Assembly (NCBI RefSeq): GCF_037902255.1
Contig: NZ_CP147990.1
Span: 1,260,001-1,292,000 of the forward strand
Direction: 5' to 3'
Length of the DNA: 32,000 nucleotides
From: Candidatus Electrothrix sp. GW3-4
GTDB lineage: Bacteria; Desulfobacterota; Desulfobulbia; Desulfobulbales; Desulfobulbaceae
A program made the translations under genes and the position numbers. Position 1 is the first letter of the stretch, and each line of letters starts with the position of its first letter. Under the pieces are notes generated by a model that did not search any database, was not told where the DNA came from, and saw only the letters and a program-made list of their open reading frames with translations. This document shows, in pieces, positions 7,754 through 15,987 of the stretch.

Positions 7754-9391
7754 TTAGAGCAGGATAGTGAGCAGATTCAACAACCCGATCAGGAAACCGA
7801 GCAGGGCGCCAAACAGGTTAATGTACTTAAACTGCTCCTCCATAATGGAGAGAAGAAGCCCCTCAAGGCGCAGCAGGTCAAGGGAGTCCACCTTTTCCGT
7901 GACCATTTCCCTGATGTTCAGGGTGCGCACCAGGCCTGGTACCTCCCGGATCAGCATTTGATTGGTCGTGAGCACAATGTACTCGGTAATGCCGTTGCGG
8001 ATACCTGTTGGCAGCAGATTGCGGAGAATACCCAAAGGCCTGGAGGTCATCCGATCCACCATCGTATTTATGAGCTTATCGAGCAATTCTCCGGTTTGCT
8101 CAGAGCGAAGGCTCCGGTGGAGTTCGTTGACAAGGGTCCGACGCATGGCCTCTGCCTGCGCCTTGTTCAGGAGCAGGTCCGCGCAATGAGCAAGGGGGAG
8201 GCGTCCGTGGTCGATGACTGTTTCAAACTGTTCTCTGATGGCATGGGAGATTATCTGCTGCATTTTTTCCGAGCTGAGCAGCGCTATGATCTTTTCAGCA
8301 AGCTGGTAACAGATTGCCTCCTGTTTTTCCTGCTCAAGAGGGGCCAGCAGGTTCGCCAGCGGGGTGGCCAGGAAGGTCTTGGTTTGATCAGCCAAGGTGC
8401 GGCCTGCCCGTTCCTGAATATCAGGCTGTTGCAGCCAGTCCGCAAGGGCATCTTCTTTTTTTTCCAGCCAGGCACGGATGGTACCGTCCATGCTGTCTAT
8501 ATCGATAAAGCCTTTGGCCATAGCTGCCATCGGGCCCAGACTGTCGAGGAAATTTTCTACTCCTCCTTTGATGGCGATTATAAGACGATCGCGCATAGAA
8601 GGCTCGGCCAGCATCTCCGCTGCCCGGCGGAGGAGCTGTGGGGCCTGCTGTTCCATGGTTGCGCAGATAAGCTGGACCAGTTCCTCGGGGAGAAAGTCTT
8701 CCAGGGCCTTGCCTGAGACCGCTGCCTCGGTGAGTCCTTCCTGAATTCGATGGGCAAGGACTGTGGTGTTGTCAGGTGAGGTGACTATTTTTTCCAGACA
8801 GGCTTCTGTAAAGCGGTAAAAGCCTTTTCGGTCTTCTTCCCGCAAAAGTTCATCAAGCCTACGGCTGCCCAGCTTTTCCAGCTGTTGCGGGACGAGCTTG
8901 GTCAGGGCCTGGTGGAACTCATCCGAGTCGATATAGCTTCTGACCCTGCTTCGTAATTGGTATTTCAGGGTCCTGAGGCCGATACGGGTATAGGCCCGGA
9001 AGCGGCGGGGAATAACGGTTTGAACAGGGCCGAGGTCCCGAGTCAGGATGTCGTTGACCCGATCATCCACGATCTGATAGAGATGGTCCTGAAAAGGTTC
9101 TTCAGACAGGGCTGTGCCGATATCTGTGGCTGTGAGGAGCTTTTCGCCCACCATATTGCCGATGTTTTCGGCAAGCTCATGGCGTTTGGAAGGGATGATG
9201 CCTGGCGTCATGGGGACCCGTTTGCCCAGGATATACCAGGGATTCAGGGGGCGGAACAACATGCGGATTGCTACCTTATTGGTCAGGTAACCGATAAGGG
9301 CACCAAGCAGAGGCGGTCCGCCGTAGGTAAGAAGATGGGTTGTTGAGAAAGGCATTTTTTTTGTAGAGTTAATGTTATTAATAACTTCCAT
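7754..9391 (-). CDS. DUF445-family membrane-associated protein
   Basis: 545 aa. The N-terminus (GALIGYLTNKVAIRMLFRPLNPW...GIIPSKRHELAENIG) and C-terminus (LEGLLLSIMEEQFKYINLFGALLGFLIGL) match the DUF445 pattern as I remember it. An alternative start is M13 at 9355. Confidence 0.75.
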   Translation of the reverse strand: MEVINNINSTKKMPFSTTHLLTYGGPPLLGALIGYLTNKVAIRMLFRPLNPWYILGKRVPMTPGIIPSKRHELAENIGNMVGEKLLTATDIGTALSEEPFQDHLYQIVDDRVNDILTRDLGPVQTVIPRRFRAYTRIGLRTLKYQLRSRVRSYIDSDEFHQALTKLVPQQLEKLGSRRLDELLREEDRKGFYRFTEACLEKIVTSPDNTTVLAHRIQEGLTEAAVSGKALEDFLPEELVQLICATMEQQAPQLLRRAAEMLAEPSMRDRLIIAIKGGVENFLDSLGPMAAMAKGFIDIDSMDGTIRAWLEKKEDALADWLQQPDIQERAGRTLADQTKTFLATPLANLLAPLEQEKQEAICYQLAEKIIALLSSEKMQQIISHAIREQFETVIDHGRLPLAHCADLLLNKAQAEAMRRTLVNELHRSLRSEQTGELLDKLINTMVDRMTSRPLGILRNLLPTGIRNGITEYIVLTTNQMLIREVPGLVRTLNIREMVTEKVDSLDLLRLEGLLLSIMEEQFKYINLFGALLGFLIGLLNLLTILL

Positions 9392-9526
9392 TCCGGCCCA
9401 GAGGGCGGGACCACAAAAAATGAACTTTGGCCGGGTGACTCGAATGCGTCACAGTTATTTTTTTATACTTCTCATCCCAGCGGGCTGGGACAATAAAAGA
9501 TGAAAAAAAATGAAAGAAGGGAAGCC

Positions 9527-9550
9527 TGATCGGCTTTGCCGATCATTTTC
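9527..9550 (+). terminator. Terminator-like hairpin with a U-tract and no annotated upstream + strand gene
   Basis: TGATCGGC (9527-9534), loop TTT, GCCGATCA (9538-9545), then TTTTC. Confidence 0.4.
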
Positions 9551-9747
9551 ATATCCCCTCTGTTTGGCTCACTGGCAAGAAAAGATAAAACATAGTTATG
9601 ATTCCGTCCACCGTGAATCATCAGGGACATCGTTTTTTCCTTTCCGTTTCACTTGGAAACAACGATCCTTTCGGGTATAGTTCACTACTGTATGTCCGTA
9701 ATTGATACTGTTTTGTAATAGGAATTTTTGATCTTTAAGGCAATCTA

Positions 9748-10515
9748 ATGAGCAAAGTTATAGCCCTCGCAGGCAAGGGTGGGACCGGTAAAACAACGAC
9801 CTCGGCCCTGCTGCTGAAATATCTCGTCGCCCGTAAGATGACCCCGATTCTTGCTGTGGACGCCGATGCAAATGCCAATCTCAATGAGCTGCTTGATCTC
9901 AACGTGCAAACAACCCTTGGCCAAATCCGTAAGGAGTTGAAAGGGGATATTCCTAGCGGCATGACCCGGGATCAGTATATGGAGATGAAAATCCACCAGG
10001 CCCTGATCGAAGAGACGGGTTTTGATCTCATGGTCATGGGGCAGCCAGACGGACCAGGCTGTTATTGCGCAGCCAATCAGTATCTGGCCATGACGATGGA
10101 TAAACTGGCAGAAAACTATCAGTATATTATCGTGGATAATGAGGCGGGTATGGAGCATTTGAGCAGAATGAACCTGCGCAATATTGACTACCTGCTCATT
10201 GTCTCTGACCCCTCTGCCCGTGGTATTATGACGGCTCGACGGATCGCTGATATTACTGGCCCGTTGAAGTTAGAGATTAAACGGCAGTATTTATTGGTCA
10301 ACAGGGCTCCAGATCCGGTGCCGCCAGCTTTACAAACAAAAATTGACGAGGCCGTTGCTGAGGCAGATATGGACTTGGCTGGGATTATTTCCTCCAGTGA
10401 TGAGCTGATCAACCAGGAACTCAGCGGGGCCTCGTATCTGGAGCTCAGCGAAGGCAGCAAGGTCATTGAACAGGTCTTTGCGGTTTTCGATGCGATCTTT
10501 GACGATGCATCATAG
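9748..10515 (+). CDS. CooC/AcsF-like MinD-superfamily P-loop ATPase (nickel-insertion accessory type)
   Basis: 255 aa. It has the deviant Walker A AGKGGTGKTT, a DADANANL segment, and the CooC-type metal-binding CxC motif (GPGCYCAANQ). Confidence 0.7.
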   Translation: MSKVIALAGKGGTGKTTTSALLLKYLVARKMTPILAVDADANANLNELLDLNVQTTLGQIRKELKGDIPSGMTRDQYMEMKIHQALIEETGFDLMVMGQPDGPGCYCAANQYLAMTMDKLAENYQYIIVDNEAGMEHLSRMNLRNIDYLLIVSDPSARGIMTARRIADITGPLKLEIKRQYLLVNRAPDPVPPALQTKIDEAVAEADMDLAGIISSSDELINQELSGASYLELSEGSKVIEQVFAVFDAIFDDAS

Positions 10516-10650
10516 CATCATAGGTTAGAGATGACGCGCCGTGCGCATCACCTGCTGGTTGCGCAGTCTTCTCTGACATTCTCTCAAATCAGCCTGCCCT
10601 GTATCCTGCCTGAGGGTAGATGAGGGGGAGAGCGGTTCATTGCATTTTTT

Positions 10651-11466
10651 ATGACAACAGAAGAAAATGATCAGGCCATGATTGACCTGATTCGGGTCAG
10701 CAAGGTGTACCCTCCAGATATCCAGGCCCTTGCAGATATCTCCCTGCGGGTCAATACGGGGGAGATCTGTTATCTCACCGGGATGAGCGGGGCAGGAAAG
10801 ACAACCCTGCTCCGTATGCTTTGCGGGATTGATACACCGGATCGCGGGTATATTGAGGTCGCTGGCAAGGAACTCAATAAGTTGTCAGGCTCGGAGATGC
10901 AGGCCTTGCGCCGAAGCATCGGGGTGGCGTATCAGGATTTTAAGCTGCTGCCGGAAAAAACCGTGGCCCAGAATATTGCCTTTTCTATGGAGGTGGCCTA
11001 TCGGAGCAGATCGTTTATCCGGCAACGGACGAAGAAGTTATTATCTCAGCTGCGCCTGTCAGATAAAGTGAATACCCGAGCCGGGAAGCTGTCCAGGGGA
11101 GAGCAGCAGCGGGTGGCTATTGCCCGAGCCGTAGCTAATGATCCCGTGCTTATCCTGGCTGATGAGCCGACCGGTAATTTGGATGCCGAGACCACCGAGT
11201 TAGTGATGGATCTCTTTCGTTATTATAACGAAAAAGGGACAACACTGCTCATCGCCACCCATGATCACTCTATTTATGATTACCCGGGCAGCAAGGTTAT
11301 GGTCATTGAACAGGGACGGTTGCTTGTTGCGCATGGTTCTGCTGCCCCCGGTACATCTCATATCTCGAAGGGTCCCAGAAAGAAGCGGCAGGACGAAACG
11401 GTTGATCCGCAGATTATTATAAATAGGGGGCTTGCAGCGGTGAGGAGAAAAGGGGCAGGAATATGA
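10651..11466 (+). CDS. ftsE: Cell-division ABC transporter ATP-binding protein FtsE
   Basis: Walker [13 protein letters not shown] signature [14 protein letters not shown] and Walker [10 protein letters not shown] are present. The stop overlaps the ftsX start (ATGA at 11463-11466). It carries a basic C-terminal tail of about 45 aa beyond the ABC core. Confidence 0.88.
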   Translation: MTTEENDQAMIDLIRVSKVYPPDIQALADISLRVNTGEICYLTGMSGAGKTTLLRMLCGIDTPDRGYIEVAGKELNKLSGSEMQALRRSIGVAYQDFKLLPEKTVAQNIAFSMEVAYRSRSFIRQRTKKLLSQLRLSDKVNTRAGKLSRGEQQRVAIARAVANDPVLILADEPTGNLDAETTELVMDLFRYYNEKGTTLLIATHDHSIYDYPGSKVMVIEQGRLLVAHGSAAPGTSHISKGPRKKRQDETVDPQIIINRGLAAVRRKGAGI

Positions 11467-12350
11467 AATTTTTCTTTGCCGTTATCAGCCAAACCTGGCG
11501 TAATATTGTGGAAACCTGGCGGAGTCAGCTCCTTTCCCTGGTGACCATTACCCTGTCGGTGCTGATTTTTGCCTTTTTTTACCTGGTCTACATGAATGCC
11601 CTGCATGCTGGCGATCTCTTAAATAATGACCTGCGCCTGATTGTCTATCTGGAAGAGCAGCCTGATCAGGCCTTACAGGAGGAATACCGGCATAAGATTA
11701 AAAAATTCGATGAGGTTGAAAAGATAGATTTTGTCTCTCGTTTAGCGGCCTATGATCGTTTTAAGGAGCAGCTCAATGAGAATCAGGATGTCTTACAGGA
11801 GGTTCCTCATGATTTTCTGCCTGCCTCTATAGAGATCTATCCCAAACGGAGTCTGGATACCCTGTCGCGGATAAAACTCTTTTCCGAGTATCTCCAGTCC
11901 CTGCCTGGAGTGCTCAAGGTACAGTACGGCAGGGAGTGGGTGGAACGGTTTTATTCCTTTATCCAACTCCTTCGTATAATTGTTCTGCTTTCCGGGGCAC
12001 TCCTTATTCTGACGACGACCTTTATGATGGGGCATTCTATCAAGTTAACCATGCTGACGCGCAAAAAAGAGCTGGAGCTCTTACGCCTGGTCGGTGCTTC
12101 GGAGCATTACATCCGTGTCCCTTTTTTCCTGGAAGGGGCGATCCTTGGTGCCCTAGGGGCTGGTATCGGGATCGGCGCGCTTTATCTCCTGTTCAGCTGG
12201 ATTCAGCTTCATTTTAGCGGACAAGGTGTACCTGGAATGTTTTCCTTTAGTTTTTTCAGCGGATCAGCTGTTGGTATTATTATCTTACTGGCTGTGCTCC
12301 TTTGTGCAGGGGGAAGTTTCACCTCAACCCGTAAGATCCTTAATCTGTGA
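11463..12350 (+). CDS. ftsX: Cell-division permease-like protein FtsX
   Basis: 295 aa with one N-terminal TM, a periplasmic domain and three C-terminal TM helices. It lies directly after ftsE. Confidence 0.85.
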   Translation: MKFFFAVISQTWRNIVETWRSQLLSLVTITLSVLIFAFFYLVYMNALHAGDLLNNDLRLIVYLEEQPDQALQEEYRHKIKKFDEVEKIDFVSRLAAYDRFKEQLNENQDVLQEVPHDFLPASIEIYPKRSLDTLSRIKLFSEYLQSLPGVLKVQYGREWVERFYSFIQLLRIIVLLSGALLILTTTFMMGHSIKLTMLTRKKELELLRLVGASEHYIRVPFFLEGAILGALGAGIGIGALYLLFSWIQLHFSGQGVPGMFSFSFFSGSAVGIIILLAVLLCAGGSFTSTRKILNL

Positions 12351-13534
12351 GTATGAAGGTTCGTGCATTGCTGAGCCCTCTTTTGCAGCTTTTGGTGCTG
12401 CTGCTTCTCTGGCTGGTCCTTTTTCAGGGGACCTCTTTTGGGGAGATGGACGGGGCGGATGAGCAGAATAAGGTCAGGATTCATATCGGGGAATTACAGC
12501 ATGATATCAAGGTTCAACTTGATAAGATTGAGGAAAAAAATGAGGCGGAAAGCCAGATCCTTAATCAGCTGGATGAGATAAACCGAAAGGTTAGTCGGCA
12601 AAAGGCGAAAACAACGGTTTTACAACGGCGATTAGCTGACCAGGAAAAGCTGCTCCATGATTTAAAAGAAAAAATTGATCAGGCAGAAGAAAAGCGAAGC
12701 AGGCTTCAGGGGCACCTGCTGAAAAGGCTGCGTTCTTTCTATATGATGGGCAGGGTCGGTATGCTCAATGTGACCTTTTCCAAGAAGGAGCTTCCTGAGC
12801 TCATGCTTTTTTCCGATGCATTTGCGAACCTGGCTGCGTATGACAGAAATGTCGTCCTGCAATACCGGGATGCCATGAATGAGTTGGAGCAGGCCCTCCT
12901 CTCTCGTGAGTTAGAAAAATCATTACTTGAAGAGCTGGTGCAGCAGGCTGAGGAGGAGGAGCAGGTCCTTTTTGTTCTGCGTGCGGAACAGCAACAGCTC
13001 CTGAAGGCAATCAAGCAGGAAAAGAACATTTATCAGCTGGCTGTTGATGAGATGCGCAAGGCTGAGCAGGAGTTGTATGATGACCTGATGCGGCTCAGGA
13101 TTGAGGAGAAGCTTGATAAAGAGCAAGGGCTTCTTTTGGGAAAAGGGCATTTATCCTCTCCTGTTACCGGTACGGTGCTCTATAGGTTTGGAGATATTAT
13201 CCAGACAGGCGTGCGCAAAGGGGATACCATCCAGGGGATAACCGTTGCCATTGAATCGGGAACCACGGTGCATGCCGTGTACAAGGGCAAGGTCGTCCTT
13301 GCTGATTATAAACGAGGCTACGGCAATGCGGTGATTATTGATCACGGGGGGAAATACTTTACCATTACAGCCCGTCTTGATGAAATTTTTGTCCATAAAG
13401 GAGACAGGGTTGAACAGGATCAGGAAATCGGTAGCAGTGGCGATGTTGCAACGCTTTATGAGCCAGGCGTATACTTTGAAATTCGGCACGGCAGGACCCC
13501 CTTGGATCCTTTGGAGTGGCTTCAGATAGACTGA
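12347..13534 (+). CDS. envC: Murein hydrolase activator EnvC-like protein (coiled coil plus degenerate LytM/M23 domain)
   Basis: A signal peptide (start GTG 12347 or ATG 12353) is followed by a long Q/E/K/L-rich coiled coil and a C-terminal M23-like fold (YGNAVIIDHGGKYFTITARL...). All canonical Zn ligands appear to be substituted. Confidence 0.8.
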   Translation: MSMKVRALLSPLLQLLVLLLLWLVLFQGTSFGEMDGADEQNKVRIHIGELQHDIKVQLDKIEEKNEAESQILNQLDEINRKVSRQKAKTTVLQRRLADQEKLLHDLKEKIDQAEEKRSRLQGHLLKRLRSFYMMGRVGMLNVTFSKKELPELMLFSDAFANLAAYDRNVVLQYRDAMNELEQALLSRELEKSLLEELVQQAEEEEQVLFVLRAEQQQLLKAIKQEKNIYQLAVDEMRKAEQELYDDLMRLRIEEKLDKEQGLLLGKGHLSSPVTGTVLYRFGDIIQTGVRKGDTIQGITVAIESGTTVHAVYKGKVVLADYKRGYGNAVIIDHGGKYFTITARLDEIFVHKGDRVEQDQEIGSSGDVATLYEPGVYFEIRHGRTPLDPLEWLQID

Positions 13535-13620
13535 AGTCTTTTTTGTTCTATGCTTTTTGGAGAGGCTCGTTATTTTTTATTAGGGTCTTGGTGCGAATTC
13601 ATTACATCTTTTCGATTGTT

Positions 13621-14958
13621 ATGAAAAATTTTTTTTTACAGCTCATTCTCCTCTTCTTCTGTCTCATTTTTGCTTGCCCTGGGTATTGCGAACCTCCTGA
13701 AGCAGATGAGGGAGAAAGGGACGCAGAAACCTACAACCATCTTGAAACTTTTGCCAATGTTCTTGATCTGTTGCAGAAGCATTATGTGGATAAGGTGGAA
13801 AGCGGTGAGGTCCTCATCGGGGCCATTAACGGTATGTTGGGCTCGCTTGATCCTCATTCATCGTACATGTCACCTGAAGATTTCAAGGAGCTTCAGGAAG
13901 ACACCAAGGGCAGTTTTAGTGGGATAGGTATTGAGGTAACAGTTCGGGATGGGGTCTTGACGGTTGTTTCGCCGATTGCTGGAACTCCTGCCTATAGGCA
14001 GGGGGTAAAAGCTGGTGATCAGATTGTCAGGATTAATAATATATCCACCCAAGGTATGACCTTGCCCGATGCTGTCAAGATACTGCGGGGAAATCAAGGA
14101 GAAAAGGTGACAGTTACCATCAGGCGAACTGGTCTGAATGAGTTGCTGGATATGGCCTTTGTCCGTGATATTATCCCTCACCACTCGGTGGTAGCAAAAA
14201 AACTTGGCAATGGCTTCCATTATATACAGGTTACCAGTTTTCAGGCCACCACCACCCGTGATTTTAAAAAAGTGCTGCGTAAGGCCGGGCAGGAAGGGGT
14301 CATTCAAGGGATTGTTCTCGACCTGCGTAATAACCCAGGTGGGCTCCTTGATCAGGCTGTGCAGCTTGTTGATGTGTTTCTTGAAAGCGGTGTTATTGTC
14401 ACCACCAGAGGGCGCGAAAAAGAAAATGATATGTATTTTGAGGCGGATCGCGGTAAGACGCGCTATACCTTTCCCGCAGTTGTTCTGGTTAACGGAGGGT
14501 CAGCCAGTGCCTCTGAGATTGTTGCTGGTGCCTTGCAAGATCATAAAAGGGCCGTTATTCTTGGTACACGGACCTTTGGTAAGGGGTCTGTGCAGACGGT
14601 CGTCCCGCTGCCCAACGGAGCAGGGGTGCGTCTGACCACAGCTCGTTATTATACGCCAAGCGGGAGGTCGATCCAGGCAACTGGTATTGTGCCGGATATG
14701 ATTATTCCTTTTGAGGAGGAAAAAATAACAGGGCAGGGAGGAGGCTCAACGGCTCTGCTGAGAGAGGAAGATCTTCCCCATCATTTTGAAAATAACAGTC
14801 AGGGAAAGAATGAAGGCCAGGTGAAAAAAAAGAAGAAAAATATTCAGGTCCCAAAAGGTACTGCTGCTGAATTTGCTGATCGGCTAGCAGGGGATAATCA
14901 GTTACAGGTTGCTCTATTTATTCTGAAAAAAATGGCTACTTCCTTGCATAGGCATTAA
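13621..14958 (+). CDS. ctpA: Carboxy-terminal processing protease (S41 family)
   Basis: The ORF track gives 13516..14958. The signal-peptide start MKNFFLQLILLFFCLIFA is at 13621. A PDZ region (GIGIEVT...GTPAYRQGVKAGDQIVRIN) is followed by an S41 core (LDLRNNPGG, GGSASASEI, TFGKGSVQ). Confidence 0.9.
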   Translation: MKNFFLQLILLFFCLIFACPGYCEPPEADEGERDAETYNHLETFANVLDLLQKHYVDKVESGEVLIGAINGMLGSLDPHSSYMSPEDFKELQEDTKGSFSGIGIEVTVRDGVLTVVSPIAGTPAYRQGVKAGDQIVRINNISTQGMTLPDAVKILRGNQGEKVTVTIRRTGLNELLDMAFVRDIIPHHSVVAKKLGNGFHYIQVTSFQATTTRDFKKVLRKAGQEGVIQGIVLDLRNNPGGLLDQAVQLVDVFLESGVIVTTRGREKENDMYFEADRGKTRYTFPAVVLVNGGSASASEIVAGALQDHKRAVILGTRTFGKGSVQTVVPLPNGAGVRLTTARYYTPSGRSIQATGIVPDMIIPFEEEKITGQGGGSTALLREEDLPHHFENNSQGKNEGQVKKKKKNIQVPKGTAAEFADRLAGDNQLQVALFILKKMATSLHRH

Positions 14959-15011
14959 GGACGGATGATGAACCATGGTCATTTCTTTCTTGTCATGACC
15001 TCGGTTGTGAC

Positions 15012-15040
15012 TTGACAAAAAACTTTTTCTTGAATATATA
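15012..15040 (+). promoter_or_regulatory. Sigma70-type promoter candidate upstream of tRNA-Gly
   Basis: TTGACA (15012-15017), a 17-nt spacer, then TATATA (15035-15040). It lies about 100 nt upstream of the tRNA 5' end. Confidence 0.45.
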
Positions 15041-15141
15041 ACCTGTTCTAAATGCACTGATGTTAACTGACACGATGATGAATAGTCTGGATGGAAATTC
15101 GCTGAAGTGGCGTTAACGTAGCGCTGATAACAGATGAGGGT

Positions 15142-15217
15142 GCGGGTGTAGCTCAGTTGGCAGAGCACAAGCTTCCCAAGCTTGGGGTCACGGGTTCGAA
15201 TCCCGTTACCCGCTCCA
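15142..15217 (+). tRNA. tRNA-Gly (anticodon CCC) with encoded CCA
   Basis: I folded the cloverleaf by hand. Acceptor GCGGGTG/TACCCGC, D arm GCTC-AGTTGGCA-GAGC, anticodon arm CAAGC-TTCCCAA-GCTTG, T arm ACGGG-TTCGAAT-CCCGT, discriminator U, then CCA. Confidence 0.9.
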
Positions 15218-15287
15218 TCAGTTATCCTGTGCATGTGTCGGTAGTGCGAGCCGACATAGCTTTCAACAGTTTTGGGATGTTGTGAAA

Positions 15288-15310
15288 GTGGGCTCTGCCC
15301 GCTTTTTTTT
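15288..15310 (+). terminator. Rho-independent terminator after tRNA-Gly
   Basis: GTGGGC, loop TCT, GCCCGC (one G-U pair), followed by T8 (15303-15310). Confidence 0.7.
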
Positions 15311-15437
15311 ATTGTTTTTTCACGGAATATGTCCTGTCGTGATAATTTCGTCGGTATTATAAGGACGAAGGGTGGGACGTCAGTTGACGGGCCCGTCGAA
15401 TGCGGCCTCTTGTTTCTGAGAAAACAAAATATTTTTT

Positions 15438-15926
15438 ATGGTTGTTAGAAGGTGCAGTGTGGGAACGGATCGGGTAATCAGTATCGTGGAGAACTTTGTC
15501 GCCCCTCTTCTTGACGAGATGGGGTTGGAACTGGTGGAAGTGCAGTTCAGGCAGGAATCCGGCTGGGTACTGCGGCTGTTCATCGAGCGAAATGAAGGGG
15601 TGAGCGTGGATGACTGCGCCACTGTGAGCAGGCAGGTGGGAACCTATCTGGAAGTCGAAGATGTTATACGGCATGCCTACACCCTTGAGGTTTCATCACC
15701 GGGAGCAGAACGTCCACTGAAACGTTTAAAGGATTTTGTTCGTTTTACCGGAAAAAAGATCAGGGTGAAACTCAGTGAGCCCGTTGATAATCAGCGCGTT
15801 TTTTGCGGTCTGCTAACAGACGTGGATGAAGAGAAGAACAATATAACGTTGGCTGTGGACGGCTCCGATGCGAACCAGATGGTGATTGACCTGAGAGCTG
15901 TTGCACGAGCACGTCTGAGCCTCTAA
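15438..15926 (+). CDS. rimP: Ribosome maturation factor RimP
   Basis: It has a typical RimP N-terminus (IVENFVAPLLDEMGLELVEVQF..., YTLEVSSPGAERPL) and sits before nusA. An alternative start is GTG 15459, after GAAGG. Confidence 0.88.
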   Translation: MVVRRCSVGTDRVISIVENFVAPLLDEMGLELVEVQFRQESGWVLRLFIERNEGVSVDDCATVSRQVGTYLEVEDVIRHAYTLEVSSPGAERPLKRLKDFVRFTGKKIRVKLSEPVDNQRVFCGLLTDVDEEKNNITLAVDGSDANQMVIDLRAVARARLSL

Positions 15927-15987
15927 CGGCTCTGAATATCTGGCCTTACTGTGTGCTGCGGCAAAGGTCGAAGGTGGAGAAAAAATA

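Noticed and set aside
7682-8716. 344-aa + strand ORF opposite the DUF445 gene
   Set aside because: The - strand product carries the recognisable DUF445 N- and C-terminal motifs. The + strand product is featureless and overlaps it completely.
9420-9503. 27-codon + strand ORF (MNFGRVTRMRHSYFFILLIPAGWDNKR) in the 9.4-9.7 kb spacer
   Set aside because: It has no SD, is very short, and largely coincides with the hairpin-forming segments. The sequence alone cannot support it as a gene.
14914-15234. 106-aa - strand ORF
   Set aside because: It runs straight through the tRNA-Gly gene and its promoter region, so it is an artefact.
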